A DNA stretch of 64,000 nucleotides from Felis catus (taxonomy: Eukaryota), in assembly GCF_018350175.1 (NCBI RefSeq), contig NC_058368.1, positions 54,314,001 to 54,378,000 on the forward strand. The letters are read 5' to 3'. Numbering within the stretch: the first letter of the stretch is position 1; each line of letters opens with the position of its first letter. Under the pieces are notes generated by a model. It saw nothing but the letters and a program-made list of their open reading frames with translations. It did not search any database and was not told where the DNA came from. The translations under genes and the position numbers were made by a program. Shown here piece after piece: positions 13,236 to 27,404 of this stretch.

Positions 13236-14020
13236 AAAGCTACATGTAAAATAATGAGACTGAACCGTTTTCTTACACCATACATAAAAACCAAAAATAC
13301 ATTAAAGACATACATGTGAGACCTGAAAACATAAAACTCCTAGAAGAAAATGTAGGCAACAATGTCTTTGACATTGGCCTTTGCAACATTTTTCTAGATA
13401 TGGGAAAGGGAAACAAAACACAAAAATAAACTATTGGGGCTATACAAAAATAAAAAGTTTTTGCACAGTGAAAGAAACCATCAACAAAATGAAAGAAAAC
13501 CTACTGAATGGGACAAGACATTCACAAATGATATGTCCAATAAGGGGTTAATGTCCAAAATATATATAAAGAACTTATGCAAGCTAACATCAAAAAGTAA
13601 ATAATCCAATTAAAATGGGTAGAGGACCTGAACAGACATTTTTCCAGAGAAGACATACAGATGGCCAACAGACACATTAAAAGATGCTAAACACCACTGA
13701 TCATGTGGGAAATGCAAATCAAAACCCTAATGAGAAACCTTACACCTGTCATAATGGCTAGAATCAAAAAGACAAGAAACAAGTGTTGGCCAAGAAGTGG
13801 AGGAAAAGCAACGCTTGTGCACTGTTAGTGGTAATGTTAATTGGCACAGCCATTATGGAAAACATTATGGAGCTTCCACAGAAGATTAAAAATAGAAATA
13901 CCATATGATCTAGTAATTGTACTACTGGGTATTTACTCAAAGTAAATGAAAACACTGATTTGAAAAGTTGTATGCACTCCTATGTTTATTGCAGCATTAT
14001 TTAAAATAGCCAAGATATGG

Positions 14021-14068
<48 letters not shown>

Positions 14069-14540
14069 AATATTACTTAGCCATAAAAAAATGAGATCTT
14101 GCCATTTGCGACAACATGGATGGACTTAGAAGGTATTATGCTAAGTGAAATGAGACAGAGAAAAACAAATACCATATTATTTTACTTATATGTGAAATCT
14201 AAGAAACAAAACAAATGAATAAATAAAGAAAAAAAAGCAGAAACAGACTCATAAATACAGAGAATAAACTGATGGGTGCCAGAGGTGACGGGGGTGGGGG
14301 ATGGGCAAAATGGGTGAGAGGGAGTGGGAGAAATTGATTTCCCATTGTAGAATGAATAAGTCATGAGGATAAACAGTACGGCATAGAGAATGTAGCCAAT
14401 GGTATTGTAATAGCATTGTACAGTGATAGATAGTAGCTACCCTTGTGAGCACAGCATAACATATAGGCTTGTGGAATCACTGTGTTGTACCCCTGAAACT
14501 AATATAACATTGTGTGTCAACCATACTTCAATTAAAAAAA
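13236..14540 (+). mobile_element. 5'-truncated older carnivore LINE-1 (ORF2 3' end plus 3'UTR)
   Basis: Degenerate ORF2 C-terminal coding sequence, 3'UTR and cttcaattaaaaaaa end. Confidence 0.9.
14022..14066 (+). repeat. (AC)~22 microsatellite inside L1
   Basis: Perfect dinucleotide run. Confidence 0.97.
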
Positions 14541-14619
14541 GGAACACCCTAGGGAGACTATCCATATTTCCTTAGCAGAGATGATCATTTATCCTTTTGG
14601 ACACCCCTAAATGCAGTGC

Positions 14620-14810
14620 ATTTCTTCATAAACATACTTGTGGCAATATGCCACAGTAATAGGTTTACTCTTCTCTTTCTCTCCTTCCAGACTGGTGAGA
14701 TACTTGATGGCTAAAACACACTTTTGTTCATTTTTTGTAAATCTCACTATCTTGGCAGAGTTCCTGGCATGTAGTAGGTTCTCATAAAGTTAATGTTGAC
14801 TGCATGAATA
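14620..14810 (+). mobile_element. L2 3' end fragment
   Basis: cctggcatgtagtaggttctcataaa...tgaat resembles the L2 terminus. Confidence 0.5.
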
Positions 14811-17800
14811 TTCCTTATTCCTTGAAATGCATATTTTCATATTTCCATTTTAGGAGCATTTTCTCTTCCTAGAAAGTCCTTTGACTCATCCACCATTTTT
14901 GCTTTTAGTGGTTAATAGTGAGAGAATGCACAGGCTTTGAAATGAAGCTGTCTTTGGTTTGAGAGCACCACTCCAATTCCAGTCTGAGTTACATGCTTTC
15001 AAGACATTGTAGGCATAAATATATCATGTGCCTAGCACTTGACATAATTCTTTCTTTACATCACAGTCCCAACCACCTGGCTGATGACTGTATCAATACA
15101 GGAACCATATTTAAAAAACATTTTTGTAATTTAATATTCAGTATATTGCCTTGCATATGAGAGGTGCTCAATAACTGTTACTGAATATGAATTGATGGCT
15201 TTATTTCCATCAGCTTGATATTTCACTACCTAGAATAGCTATGTGCTGCTGACAACCTGGGGTATTGTGTTCCATACTTTTTTTTTTAATATTATTTGCT
15301 TAAGCTCTAGAGACACTCACTCTTTAGTTATTTACATTTTAAGGAAAAATTGATCTTTTTTCTCACATAAGTGTTCCTCTAGGTGAATTCTAACTATAAA
15401 TATATTTCCCTTTTACATCTTCTCATTTAAAATTTATCTCTCATATGGAATCATATTATAGGTCTTTTGAAAGTCTAAACCAGTGATCTTCACTGATTGC
15501 TTCTCAATCATGTTTAGTTATTTCTAAAAGAATCCACATATCTTAAGCATGATTTTTCTTGATTTTACAGAAACAATTTGCCTTTTGCGTACTTATTCTG
15601 TTTGTTTCATTAGCCCATCCATTAATATAAGCTCTGCATGTTTATCAAGTAAGCAATTGATACTCATTGGTCTATACTCCACAGAGTAACATTGATGATC
15701 TTTGATTTTGATTTGATTCACACTCGCAATCTTACAGTCCTACAGTATGGTAGAAGTGGAATAGTAAATTTTACCTTTTGCCCAAGAGTTAGACATTTTC
15801 ATCTTCATATTTTTTCAACCTCTTACATGGATATAATCCCATTCTAGGAAATTATGCTGATAAATATGGTTAATTTTACACTAGGGTTTATTTTCTCAAC
15901 CTCTAATAAATATTTAGAGATAAGCATCTGTCAGATATTTTCCTCAGTAAAGAAGTACCAAGTCATGCAGTTCAATACCAGTCTTTACCAGTTCATCTCC
16001 TCTATATTTTTCTTTCTCCTTTGCTTTTTCTCCTGTGGTACACAGTAATGTCTGGCATAATAGTTTACTTATGGTCTATCTTTCCTCATTGGAACATAAG
16101 GGTCACGTAGGTGATATGAGGCTATTTCGTTCATTGTTTTTTTATGCTACTATATTCTAGAATCTAAAACAGTGTTTGATGTAGAATAGTTCTACAAGAG
16201 ACATTTGTTGAATAAATAAAATCACTTAGTTTTGTGGTTACTTTTATTTATTCCTGAGCATGTCTTCTATATATTGATCATTAAATGCCACTGTTGTCTT
16301 TCTCTCATTGATGAACTGAAATTTTTATATTCATTTACGTATTTCCCTGCCCTTCTTCTAGCTGGTTATTTCCTTTTTCTTTATTGAATATTCCATAGCT
16401 TGTTCATTATTTATGTCACTAGAAAGAAATTTTAAAAAGAACTTGGAACAGAGGAAATAAGTCAATATTTTATTTATGTCTTGTGAAGAAAAAGCATCTG
16501 ATAAGATTCAAAAAATCTATGAGCCAAAAAGCATTGCCCATCTCAGAAATGAGCTGATCCAATCCACTCTGGATGTAAATGAAGCAGAGTGGGGTGGAAC
16601 ACCAGTCGGTACCCAAGCTTATTAACACAATAGCCATGCTTTCTCCTTAGGAACTATCATTCTGCAGTTAAAGCATATTTGGTTCACAACATGTTTTTCA
16701 CTCACTGCTGATAGTTTAGGACTGGTTATCTTCAGTTCAAATGTGTCAGATAAAATAATCCAGTATTTCATGGTTCTTACATCAAAATCTATGAAGCTAG
16801 ACATCTCAAAAATAATTTTTATAAATGTTTATGAATATTAATAAATCCTGACTTTTTAATATTTGATCATGTTAAATGACACCATTCATGTTCAGAAAGA
16901 ATTTTTGACTCAATCCATTCAAAATCTTTTAAACTTAAATAGCAGGATCCAATCAAATTGGCTTCCTTGCAAATAACCTAAGTGAGCCACATGAGATTCA
17001 GTAGGATTGCATTAAGCCTTTGATGAGGATTTATGCTCCCAAAGTATAGCAAAGACAAATAGTTAAAGTTAGACAAATTTACATGCATACTCAGAAGTAA
17101 CTGATCTTCAGGGGTGCAAGTATAGGACATAGAGAATTCCTATTTGTGTCTCTGCCAATTTCGCGCTATGTTTCTTCATTCAACCCATAATTGCATTGCT
17201 AAAGATTCCACTGTGGCAAGTGAAAAGATGAATGGAATTTAGGTCTCTTTTGTGAGTTCTAAGAGGAAAGAGAAAGGACACAGTAAAGCTTTTATTGACC
17301 CAACTCCAAATCCAGTGTGTCTAACTAGGAAATTGTTCATTCAGATGAAAGCTAAAAAGCATCTCAGCCTAATGTGGCTGAGACAGCAAAATCAATTTTG
17401 AACACAACAGCTCTGTTTAGTAAATGTTTAAAGGAACAAAAAAGGGCCTGCATAAATTAATAAGTGATATTAAGAATAAGACATATATAGCCTATAGTGC
17501 ATATCCCTTTTATAACATGCTATTTTATAAATGCTAATATACTGGTGAAGTTAAAATGAGTATTTTTTTCACCCATTAAAAAAATACTATTTTACCAAAA
17601 CAGTGGTCTCCTGGAACAGTTATTTTTAATATCACAATTAATTTATGCCTCTGACCTAACCTTTCTTTCCAAAGACAGGATGGATTTACTGTTCCTATTA
17701 ATCATATTTTATCCCACTCTTCTAGCATAAATAATTCCTGTGCATATTTACGGATATATTTTCACTTTTGTTTTATTTTTTATTGGCTGATATTTTTCTT

Positions 17801-19119
17801 AATGCCAATTTAAAAAAAAGATAAAGCAATTTTTAAATGGACTTTTATAACTCATTCTAGGAAGAAAATATTTTTAAGTGACTGGTTGAATGATGTTCTG
17901 AAAGAAACATCCCAATAAACATGTATTTTTATTAGATTTCTCGGACAATCAGAGTTTGTTAATGACTGTCTAACATCTGCTATGAAAATTATTTTGGCTC
18001 TATATACATGCACTAAAACCTATTTCCACTGTACATCTCTTTGTTATCCATGTTTTGATAGATAAGATCTAAATTTAGTAATTGTCAATCAATATAAGCC
18101 TGTAAAAATATCTTTATCTAATAATCACTTCCTCATATTGTGTTGTTACCAAAGTTGTCATCTCACTTGATTATGTTTTCATAGTGACATACTATGTTCT
18201 ATACGCTAATACTCTTCCCTGGATTTATACTAGGGAATGAGGTAATCACTGGAAATCATGCTTTTTTTTCTCTCATAGCATATTATATTTAATATATTTA
18301 GCTTGGTAAGTGTTTCAGGTTTCAGCATAAGGTAACCAATAAGGCTTTAAATATTTGTCAAATTATAAGTTTACATTTACTTACGTTGGAAGGAATCTGT
18401 TTTATAGATGCAAATATCTTGTTGGTTTCAATTAATAAAAACTGATAGGCTAGACTCTGGGATATTGCACCAATAAAAAATATCACAACAACTGATTCAA
18501 TTGAAATACAGACTCATATTGTATGCCATGCTCATCAGCCTATTTACACACAAAGTATAGAATAGATTATCTTGCCAGCAACTTAATCTGATATTATCTC
18601 TAAAATCACCAACATAATCTGGACTATTCTGAAGTGTCCATCATACGATCATTGTTGTAGCTGAAAGAATTGATTTATTGCTATTAGTTTGCTGAAGATT
18701 CAACAGCCAGATACAAATGTATTGTGCAGTATTGAGCTATTTGTGTCATCACAGTATAATTTTGTATTAATCTGTTAGGAAATAAGAAATGTACATATGA
18801 ATTCATTTTAAAGGTCATCTTGGCATCTTTATTTCAAAATAGGTGTGTGGTACTTGGTCTTTTCCCACTACATCTTTTATGTTACAGTTGTGTTACTATA
18901 GGACTTCCATGCACCATGCTTTTTTTCTCTTCTGCTTTTTCCTTGACTTCTATAGAACATCTCTCATACACTCTCCTGGGTAATTCTTTTTCAGGTTAGA
19001 TGCTATTTTACCCTCAGAGTGTTAAGACTCTATACCTGAGCCTGGACTAAGTAAGTACTCTGATAACAGGAGTATTTCCACTGTTGAATGTACCAGATTA
19101 CAGATATGTATTTACTTAT

Positions 19120-19250
19120 TTAAATTTTATTTTAATTTCTTTGAAAGATATAATTGTATATATTTAAAATGTTCAACATGATGATTTGACGTATATAATA
19201 TTGTGGAATGATTACCAAGATCAAGATGATTCACATATCCATCACATTTA
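19120..19250 (-). mobile_element. L1MA-like 3' end fragment
   Basis: taattgtatatatttaaaatgttcaacatgatgatttg...atatccatcac. Confidence 0.55.
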
Positions 19251-20335
19251 AATGATCTACTGGTGTTTCCATTTCATCCATCAACTCCTCAAAGACTGAC
19301 CATTTTAGTCAACTTTGTACCTCAGTGCTTATGACAAGGCCCATTGATACCAAATTCTCAGGGAGTATTTTGTTTCATTTTGTTTTTTGGTTTTAACATC
19401 TTTACTATAAAATGAAACAAATACATATGGGCGTATAAAATAAATGAGTAGCTTAATAATTTTTAAGCTGAACACACATAATCACCATCCAGATTTAAAA
19501 AAATTAGAATGATGCCAGCCACCCTAGAAGTCTCTCCATTTTCCCCATTCCAAACACAACCCATCTGCCTCTCCAAAACTAACAATTACAGTATTATTTC
19601 TGTGCTTTTCTTTTTATTTTATTTTATCTTGCAGCTGTACATTCTCAGACTGTAGTTTACTCTTGCCCATTTATCTTTGATTTTTTTTTAATTTACAGTT
19701 TTCATGCTCATTTACTTATTTTCCCTACATTTTATCTGTTCTAGAACCTGTACTATTTATAGTTTCCAACACTCTGGATTTTGCTGATTTTAAACTGTTG
19801 ATCAAATTCCGTCCTTAAGATTTCCTGTATCTAGACCTGTAGGCTTGATCAGATTCAGGGTTGATTCCGTTGGTTAGTTTAAAGGTTATGGTGTATTCAT
19901 TTGTCAGGAAGCATATAGTTTCTAGTTTTTGTACTTCATTTTATTTTTGTTGGTCGTCATTTCTGCTTACTACCTTGATATGTTGATTCATTGAAGGTTG
20001 TAGAATGATGTTATAATTCTTTTAATTATTTCTTGGCATACTTTAAAAGTATACTTGGCATAATTTTATTTAACAGTTTTATAGATAACATATTTGTTCC
20101 TTATCCTTCAAAATGAACTAATTGGATTTTTAATAGCATTATTAGTTCTACAACTAATTACGTATTCTTTATCACCAGTCAAATGTATATACCTTCATGT
20201 TTATGAAACAAAATGTTTAGATTATTTATTTTACAGAGTTGCTAAAGTGAATAAGCACAATAAAATATTTTGTTTAACAAAAAGACAAACCAATAATTAT
20301 TAGTATAACTTGTTTTAGCAACTAAAATGATTTTT

Positions 20336-20557
20336 TTAAATGTCTTTATTTATTTTTGAGACAGAGACAGACAGACCATGAGCAGGGGAGGGGCAGAGAG
20401 AGAGGGAGACAGAGAGAGGGAGACACAGAACCCAAAGCAGGCTCCAGGCTCTGAACTGTCGGCACAGAGCCTGACGCGGGGCTCGAACTCACAGACTGTG
20501 AGATCATGACCTGAGCTGAAGTCGGACGCTTAACTGACTGAGCCACCCAGGTGCCCC
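20336..20557 (-). mobile_element. Felid SINE (SINEC_Fc type)
   Basis: Full SINE body; TSD taaaatgattttt on both sides. Confidence 0.93.
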
Positions 20558-20654
20558 TAAAATGATTTTTGTTTTTTAAAGAAAACCAAACTATTTACTT
20601 CTTAGAGCCATGAATCTTGCTGTTGGTTTTATCAGTATCTTCTGGGATGTGTTT

Positions 20655-21155
20655 ATTATTTTATTTTTATCCAGCTTTATTGAGATATAATTGACATATA
20701 ACTTTGTATAAGATTAGGGTATACAATGTGATGATTTTATGCATGTATATATTGTAAAATGATTATCATAGTAGGATTAGTTAATATCTCTATCAGTTTA
20801 TATAATTATCTTTTTTGTGTGTGGTGAGAATATTTAAGATCTACTCTCTTAGCAACCTTTAAGTTTTAAATACAATATTGTTGGTTATAGTCACCATGAT
20901 GCATATCAGATCCTCAGAAATTATTCACTTATAACTCGAGGTTTGTACTCTTTGACCAACTTTTTCCCATTTCTCCAACACCACTCTATGCTCTATTCCT
21001 ATGAGTTTGGCTTTTTTAAGATACGTATAAGTGATATCATACAGTATTTGCCTATCTCTGACTTATTTCACTTTAGCATAATCTACTCAAATTCTATCCA
21101 TATGGTTGCAAAAGGAAGGATTTCCTTCTTTTTTTTTATGATCGATAATATTCTC

Positions 21156-21200
<45 letters not shown>

Positions 21201-21470
21201 CCCGCACGTGAACGCACTTTACACTTTCTTTATCCATTCATCCACTGATGGATATTTGGCTGCAACTGTAAATAATATAAATAACAATTATAAGTAATGC
21301 TATAACAAACATGGGAGTGAAGATATTTCTTTAAGATAGTGATTTCATTTCTTTCAGATATGTAACAAGGAGTGGGATTGTTGGATAATATGGTAGTTCT
21401 ATTTTTAATTTTTTGAGGAAACTCCTTGCTATTTTTCATAGTGGTTGTACCAATTTGTATTCCCATCTAC
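20655..21470 (-). mobile_element. L1MA / L1_Carn-like 3' fragment containing (TG)n at ~21159-21194
   Basis: cagctttattgagatataattgacat terminus followed by antisense 3'UTR and ORF2 end. Confidence 0.8.
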
Positions 21471-21476
21471 ATTTTA

Positions 21477-21678
21477 TTTTTATTTTTTAATAAAATTTAT
21501 TTGTTTTTAAGAGAGAAAGAGGTAAGAAGGGCAGAGAGAGAGAGAAAGGGAGAGAAAGAATCCCAAGTAGACACCACGTTGTCACTACAGAGCCCAACAT
21601 GGGACTGGAACTCACTGACCGTGAGATCATGACCTGAGTCGAAATCAATAATAACTGATTGAGCCACCCAGGCACCCC
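21477..21678 (-). mobile_element. Carnivore SINE (SINEC)
   Basis: TSD tcccatctacatttta at 21461-21476 and from 21679. Confidence 0.9.
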
Positions 21679-21759
21679 TCCCATCTACATTTTAGATAAC
21701 TGATTAGATAACTAATAAATAACTGAGTTCAGATCACTGAAAATTTTAGATACCTGATT

Positions 21760-22340
21760 TGAGACTTTTCTCCTCCTCAAATATAAGCGTTTGTGTTTAA
21801 ATCCTCCTCTAAGCAATTCTTTAGCTGCATCCTACAAATTTAAATTAGTTGTATTTTCAATGTAAGTCAATTCTCAGTATTTTCTAATTTTCTTTGGGAC
21901 TTTTTTATTACATTAGTTATTTAGAAGTATTTTTGTTAAATTCTCCAATATTTGAAGACTTGTCTATTATTGATTTATACATTAATCGCATTATGGTCAG
22001 AAAACATACTTCATATGATTTCAATCCTTTATAAAATTGTTGCATTTTTCTTTTTGGGGGGAGAAGGGCCAAATTAGGGTCTACCTTGGTGAATATTTTA
22101 TATGCACTCAAAAAGAATGTGTATTTTGCTCTTGGTGGAATGAAATAATGTCAGTTATTCCAATATATTGTGTACTTATTCTATCGATTACTGAGTTAGG
22201 AGTGTTGAAGTCTCCAACTGAATTGTGCATTCAACCCCATGATTGTTTGCTTTATGTTTTTGAAACTCTCTTGTTAGATGTGTACATGCTTAGCATTGTT
22301 ATAGCTTCCTGTTGAATTGACCCGTTTATCATTAGGACTT
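21760..22340 (-). mobile_element. Old L1M ORF2 (endonuclease region) fragment
   Basis: Degenerate antisense ORF2 (ttatggtcagaaa, gtgttgaagtctccaact, ttgaattgacccgtttatcatt). Confidence 0.65.
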
Positions 22341-23529
22341 TGGTTTTTCCATCTAGTTTATCAATTTTATGTGGGGATTGAAAAAAAAAAACTATCACTC
22401 TTTTCAGAATCCTTAGGAAAAAACTACATGAATAAAATGACCAAGAATCCTGTAAGTCCATAAGCTGCCTTTATATGTAGTACAGAAAAGATATCCTCTT
22501 TGCCGGGCACATATCTATGAACATATATCTTTGTAAGCAAATAATGCGTGAATAAGAAAAAGGGGCTTCTTCCTACGGACCCTTGCAGCTTCTTGGCAGG
22601 CACACAAAATGGTGTGAAGCATCATGCTAGATTTTTGCCTCCAGTCACTCTTAATCTAGGTCCTCTTGTGCTCTGAAGAAACTATACAATTATACAAAAG
22701 CATATGCAGTGGGCCTGGTAATTGCTTCCAATGAATATACTGCAAATAGTTTATGCTTCAATGTTACATTTTCTGTGACGTACCCATAATGATAATATGT
22801 AAAGTATGGAAAGGAAAACTAAAAACTCTTAGGTGGGATCAAGCATAGCATAAAAATCCCTGTGGTTATAAATGAAGGAGAAATACATATGAGTCAGATG
22901 AATTCATGGGTGTGCTGTACTTTTAGCATCCTGTGGTAGTCAGGAAGTTACTCCTGCAGGGTCATATGAAGTAAGTGTTTTGTGTGAGATGGTGGATGTG
23001 AGCCAAGTTCACTGCATGAATATAGGGTTTGGTTGGCACTGCTCCCACCTTCCACCTGTGAAAGAAACCTGAAAAAGATTCTTCTACTTGATTTCTGTTT
23101 CTATGGGTTATAGGAAATGGTGAGCCTGGGGACATGAGAGGAAATAAGACAGGATCACCAGCAGGATCTGCAGCTTATTTGCCCTCAGCTCAGTGGCTTG
23201 ATATCTGCAACACCTATAATGTCATTGCATTGCAGAAGAGGCCACATTTTTACTTTAAGATCTCATCCTGGCCTAGGGATCTCAGGATGAATTTCTTTTC
23301 TTTTTTTTTTTTTATGAAATTTATTGACAAATTGGTTTCCATACAACACCCAGTGCTCATCCCAAAAGGTGCCCTCCTCAATACCCATCACCCACCCTCT
23401 CCTCCCTCCCACCCCCCATCAACCCTCAGTTTGTTCTCAGTTTTTAACAGTCTCTTATGCTTTGGCTCTCTCCCACTCTAACCTCTTTTTTTTTTTCTTC
23501 CTCTCCTCCATGGGTTCCTGTTAAGTTTC

Positions 23530-26500
23530 TCAGGATCCACATAAGAGTGAAACCATATGGTATCTGTCTTTCTCTGTATGGCTTATTTCACTTAGCATCA
23601 CACTCTCCAGTTCCATCCACGTTGCTACAAAAGGCCATATTTCATTTTTTCTCATTGCCACGTAGTATTCCATTGTGTATATAAACCACGATTTCTTTAT
23701 CCATTCATCAGTTGATGGACATTTAGGCTCTTTCCATAATTTGGCTATTGTTGAGAGTGCTGCTATCAACATTGGGGTACAAGTGGCCCTATGCATCAGT
23801 ACTCCTGTATCCCTTGGATAAATTCCTAGCAGTGCTATTGCTGGGTCATAGGGTAGGTCTATTTTTAATTTTCTGAGGAACCTCCACACTGCTTTCCAGA
23901 GCGGCTGCACCAATTTGCATTCCCACCAACAGTGCAAGAGGGTTCCCGTTTCTCCACATCCTCTCCAGCATCTATAGTCTCCTGATTTGTTCATTTTGGC
24001 CACTCTGACTGGCGTGAGGTGATACCTGAGTGTGGTTTTGATTTGTATTTCCCTGATAAGGAGCGACGCTGAACATCTTTTCATGTGCCTGTTGGCCATC
24101 CGGATGTCTTCTTTAGAGAAGTGTCTATTCATGTTTTCTGCCCATTTCTTCACTGGGTTATTTGTTTTTTGGGTGTGGAGTTTGGTGAGCTCTTTATAGA
24201 TTTTGGATACTAGCCCTTTGTCTGATATGTCATTTGCGAATATCTTTTCCCATTCCGTTGGTTGCCTTTTAGTTTTGTTGGTTGTTTCCTTTGCTGTGCA
24301 GAAGCTTTTGATCTTCATAAGGTCCCAGTAATTCACCTTTGCTTTTAATTCCCTTGCCTTTGGGGCTGTGTCGAGTAAGAGATTGCTACGGCTGAGGTCA
24401 GAGAGGTCTTTTCCTGCTTTCTCCTCTAAGGTTTTGATGGTTTCCTGTCTCACATTTAGGTCCTTTATCCATTTTGAGTTTATTTTTGTGAATGGTGTGA
24501 GAAAGTGGTCTAGTTTCAACCTTCTGCATGTTGCTGTCCAGTTCTCCCAGCACCATTTGTTAAAGAGGCTGTCTTTTTTCCATTGGATGTTCTTTCCTGC
24601 TTTGTCAAAGATGAGTTGGCCATACGCTTGTGGGTCTAGTTCTGGGGTTTCTAGTCTATTCCATTGATCTAGGTGTCTGTTTTTGTGCCAATACCATGCT
24701 GTCTTGATGATGACAGCTTTGTAGTAGAGGCTAACGTCTGGGATTGTGATGCCTCCTGCTTTGGTCTTCTTCTTCAAAATTCCTTTGGCTATTCGGGGCC
24801 TTTTGTGGTTCCATATGAATTTTAGGATTGCTTGTTCTAGTTTCGAGAAGAATGCTGGTGCAATTTTGATTGGGATTGCATTGAATGTGTAGATAGCTTT
24901 GGGTAGTATTGACATTTTGACAATATTTATTTTTCCAATCCATGAGCAGGGAATGTCTTTCCATTTATTTAAATCTTCTTCAATTACCTTTATAAGCTTT
25001 CTATAGTTTTCAGCATACAGATCCTTTACATCTTTGGTTAGATTTATTCCTAGGTATTTTATGCTTCTTGGTGCAATTGTGAATGGGATCAGTTTCTTTA
25101 TTTGTCTTTCTGCTGCTTCATTGTTAGTGTATAAGAATGCAACTGATTTCTGTACATTGATTTTGTATCCTGTAACTTTGCTGAATTCCTGTATCAGTTC
25201 TAGCAGGCTTTTGGTGGAGTCTATCGGATTTTCCATGTATAATATCATGTCATCTGCAAAAAGCGAAAGCTTGACTTCATCTTTGCCAATTTTGATGCCT
25301 TTGATTTCCTTTTGTTGTCTGATTGCTGATGCTAGAACTTCCAGCACTATGTTAAACAACAGCGGTGAGATTGGGCATCCCTGTCGTGTTCCTGATCTCA
25401 GGGGAAAAGCTCTCAGTTTTTCTCCGTTGAGGATGATGTTAGCTGTGGGCTTTTCATAAATGGCTTTTATGATGTTTAAGTATGTTCCTTCTATCCCGAC
25501 TTTCTCAAGGGTTTTTATTAAGAAAGGGTGCTGGATTTTGTCAAATGCCTTTTCTGCATCGATTGACAGGATCATATGGTTCTTCTCTTTTTTTTTGTTA
25601 ATGTGATGTATCACGTTGATTGATTTGCGAATGTTGAACCAGCCCTGCATCCCAGGAATGAATCCCACTTGATCATGGTGAATAATTCTTTTTATATGCC
25701 GTTGAATTCGATTTGCTAGTATCTTATTGAGAATTTTTGCATCCATATTCATCAGGGATATTGGCCTGTAGTTCTCTTTTTTTACTGGGTCTCTGTCTGG
25801 TTTAGGAATCAAAGTAATACTGGCTTCATAGAATGAGTCTGGAAGTTTTCCTTCCCTTTCTATTTCTTGGAATAGCTTGAGAAGGATAGGTATTATCTCT
25901 GCTTTAAACGTCTGGTAGAACTCCCCTGGGAAGCCATCTGGTCCTGGACTCTTATTTGTTGGGAGATTTTTGATAACCGATTCAATTTCTTCGCTGGTTA
26001 TGGGTCTGTTCAAGCTTTCTATTTCCTCCTGATTGAGTTTTGGAAGAGTGTGGGTGTTTAGGAATTTGTCCATTTCTTCCAGGTTGTCCAATTTGTTGGC
26101 ATATAATTTTTCATAGTATTCCCCGATAATTGTTTGTATCTCTGAGGGATTGGTTGTAATCATTCCATTTTCATTCATGATTTTATCTATTTGGGTCATC
26201 TCCCTTTTCTTTTTGAGAAGCCTGGCTAGAGGTTTGTCAATTTTGTTTATTTTTTCAAAAAACCAACTCTTGGTTTCGGCGATCTGCTCTACAGTTTTTT
26301 TAGATTCTATATTGTTTATTTCTGCTCTGATCTTTTTTATTTCTCTTCTTCTGCTGGGTTTAGGCTGCCTTTGCTGTTCTGCTTCTAGTTCCTTTAGGTG
26401 TGCTGTTAGATTTTGTATTTGGGATTTTTCTTGTTTCTTGAGATAGGCCTCTATCGCAATGTATTTTCCTCTCAGGACTGCCTTCGCTGCGTCCCAAAGC

Positions 26501-27354
26501 ATTTGGATTGTTGTATTTTCATTTTCGTTTGTTTCCATATATTTTTTAATTTCTTCTCTAATTGCCTGGTTGACCCACTCATTCGTTAGTAGGGTGTTCT
26601 TTAACCTCCATGCTTTTGGAGGTTCTCCAGACTTTTTTCTGTGGTTGATTTCAAGCTTCATAGCATGGTGGTCTGAAAGTATGCATGGTATAATTTCAAT
26701 TCTTGTAAACTTATGAAGGGCTGTTTTGTGACCCAGTATATGATCTATCTTGGAGAATGTTCCATGTGCACTCGAGAAGAAAGTATACTCTGTTGCTTTG
26801 GGATGCAGAGTTCTAAATATATCTGTCAAGTCCATCTGATCCAATGTCTCATTCAGGGCCCTTGTTTCTTTATTGACCGTGTGTCTAGATGATCTATCCA
26901 TTTCTGTAAGTGGGGTGTTAAAGTCCCCTGCAATTACTACATTCTTATCAATAAGGTTGCTTATGTTTATGAGTAATTGTTTTATATATTTGGGGGCTCC
27001 TGTATTCGGCACATAGACATTTATAATTGTTAGCTCTTCCTGATGGATAGACCCTGTAACTATTATATAATGTCCTTCTTCATCTCTTGTTACAGCCTTT
27101 AATTTAAAGTCCAGTTTGTCTGATATAAGTATGGCTACTCCAGCTTTCTTTTGGCTTCCAGTCGCATGATAAATAGTTCTCCATCCCCTCACTCTTAATC
27201 TAAAGGTGTCCTCAGGTCTAAAATGAGTCTCTTGTAGACAGCAAATAGATGGGTCTTGTTTTTTTATCCATTCTGATACCCTATGTCTTTTGGTTGGCGC
27301 ATTTAATCCATTTACATTCAGTGTTATTATAGAAAGATACGGGTTTAGAGTCAT
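23530..27354 (-). CDS. LINE-1 ORF2p (APE-like endonuclease, reverse transcriptase, C-terminal CCHC), 1274 aa
   Basis: First ATG at 27354 (MTLNPY); motifs LNVNGLN, QETH, GDFN, KIDH, SDH, YRPISL, QGCP, LFADD, KYLG, CWRGC..HCWWEC; the ORF track start at 27408 is a GTG. Confidence 0.97.
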   Translation of the reverse strand: MTLNPYLSIITLNVNGLNAPTKRHRVSEWIKKQDPSICCLQETHFRPEDTFRLRVRGWRTIYHATGSQKKAGVAILISDKLDFKLKAVTRDEEGHYIIVTGSIHQEELTIINVYVPNTGAPKYIKQLLINISNLIDKNVVIAGDFNTPLTEMDRSSRHTVNKETRALNETLDQMDLTDIFRTLHPKATEYTFFSSAHGTFSKIDHILGHKTALHKFTRIEIIPCILSDHHAMKLEINHRKKSGEPPKAWRLKNTLLTNEWVNQAIREEIKKYMETNENENTTIQMLWDAAKAVLRGKYIAIEAYLKKQEKSQIQNLTAHLKELEAEQQRQPKPSRRREIKKIRAEINNIESKKTVEQIAETKSWFFEKINKIDKPLARLLKKKREMTQIDKIMNENGMITTNPSEIQTIIGEYYEKLYANKLDNLEEMDKFLNTHTLPKLNQEEIESLNRPITSEEIESVIKNLPTNKSPGPDGFPGEFYQTFKAEIIPILLKLFQEIEREGKLPDSFYEASITLIPKPDRDPVKKENYRPISLMNMDAKILNKILANRIQRHIKRIIHHDQVGFIPGMQGWFNIRKSINVIHHINKKKEKNHMILSIDAEKAFDKIQHPFLIKTLEKVGIEGTYLNIIKAIYEKPTANIILNGEKLRAFPLRSGTRQGCPISPLLFNIVLEVLASAIRQQKEIKGIKIGKDEVKLSLFADDMILYMENPIDSTKSLLELIQEFSKVTGYKINVQKSVAFLYTNNEAAERQIKKLIPFTIAPRSIKYLGINLTKDVKDLYAENYRKLIKVIEEDLNKWKDIPCSWIGKINIVKMSILPKAIYTFNAIPIKIAPAFFSKLEQAILKFIWNHKRPRIAKGILKKKTKAGGITIPDVSLYYKAVIIKTAWYWHKNRHLDQWNRLETPELDPQAYGQLIFDKAGKNIQWKKDSLFNKWCWENWTATCRRLKLDHFLTPFTKINSKWIKDLNVRQETIKTLEEKAGKDLSDLSRSNLLLDTAPKARELKAKVNYWDLMKIKSFCTAKETTNKTKRQPTEWEKIFANDISDKGLVSKIYKELTKLHTQKTNNPVKKWAENMNRHFSKEDIRMANRHMKRCSASLLIREIQIKTTLRYHLTPVRVAKMNKSGDYRCWRGCGETGTLLHCWWECKLVQPLWKAVWRFLRKLKIDLPYDPAIALLGIYPRDTGVLMHRATCTPMLIAALSTIAKLWKEPKCPSTDEWIKKSWFIYTMEYYVAMRKNEIWPFVATWMELESVMLSEISHTEKDRYHMVSLLCGS

Positions 27355-27404
27355 TGTGATGTCTGTATGTTTTATGCTTGTAGTGATGTCTCTGGGACTT
27401 TGTC

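Noticed and set aside
18380..18420. Possible 12-nt minus-strand microexon (cag|attccttccaac|gtaagt)
   Set aside because: The acceptor lacks a polypyrimidine tract.
18995..19050. 56-nt segment between tttttcAG and GTAAGT
   Set aside because: Stops in all three frames; likely a pseudo-exon without transcript evidence.
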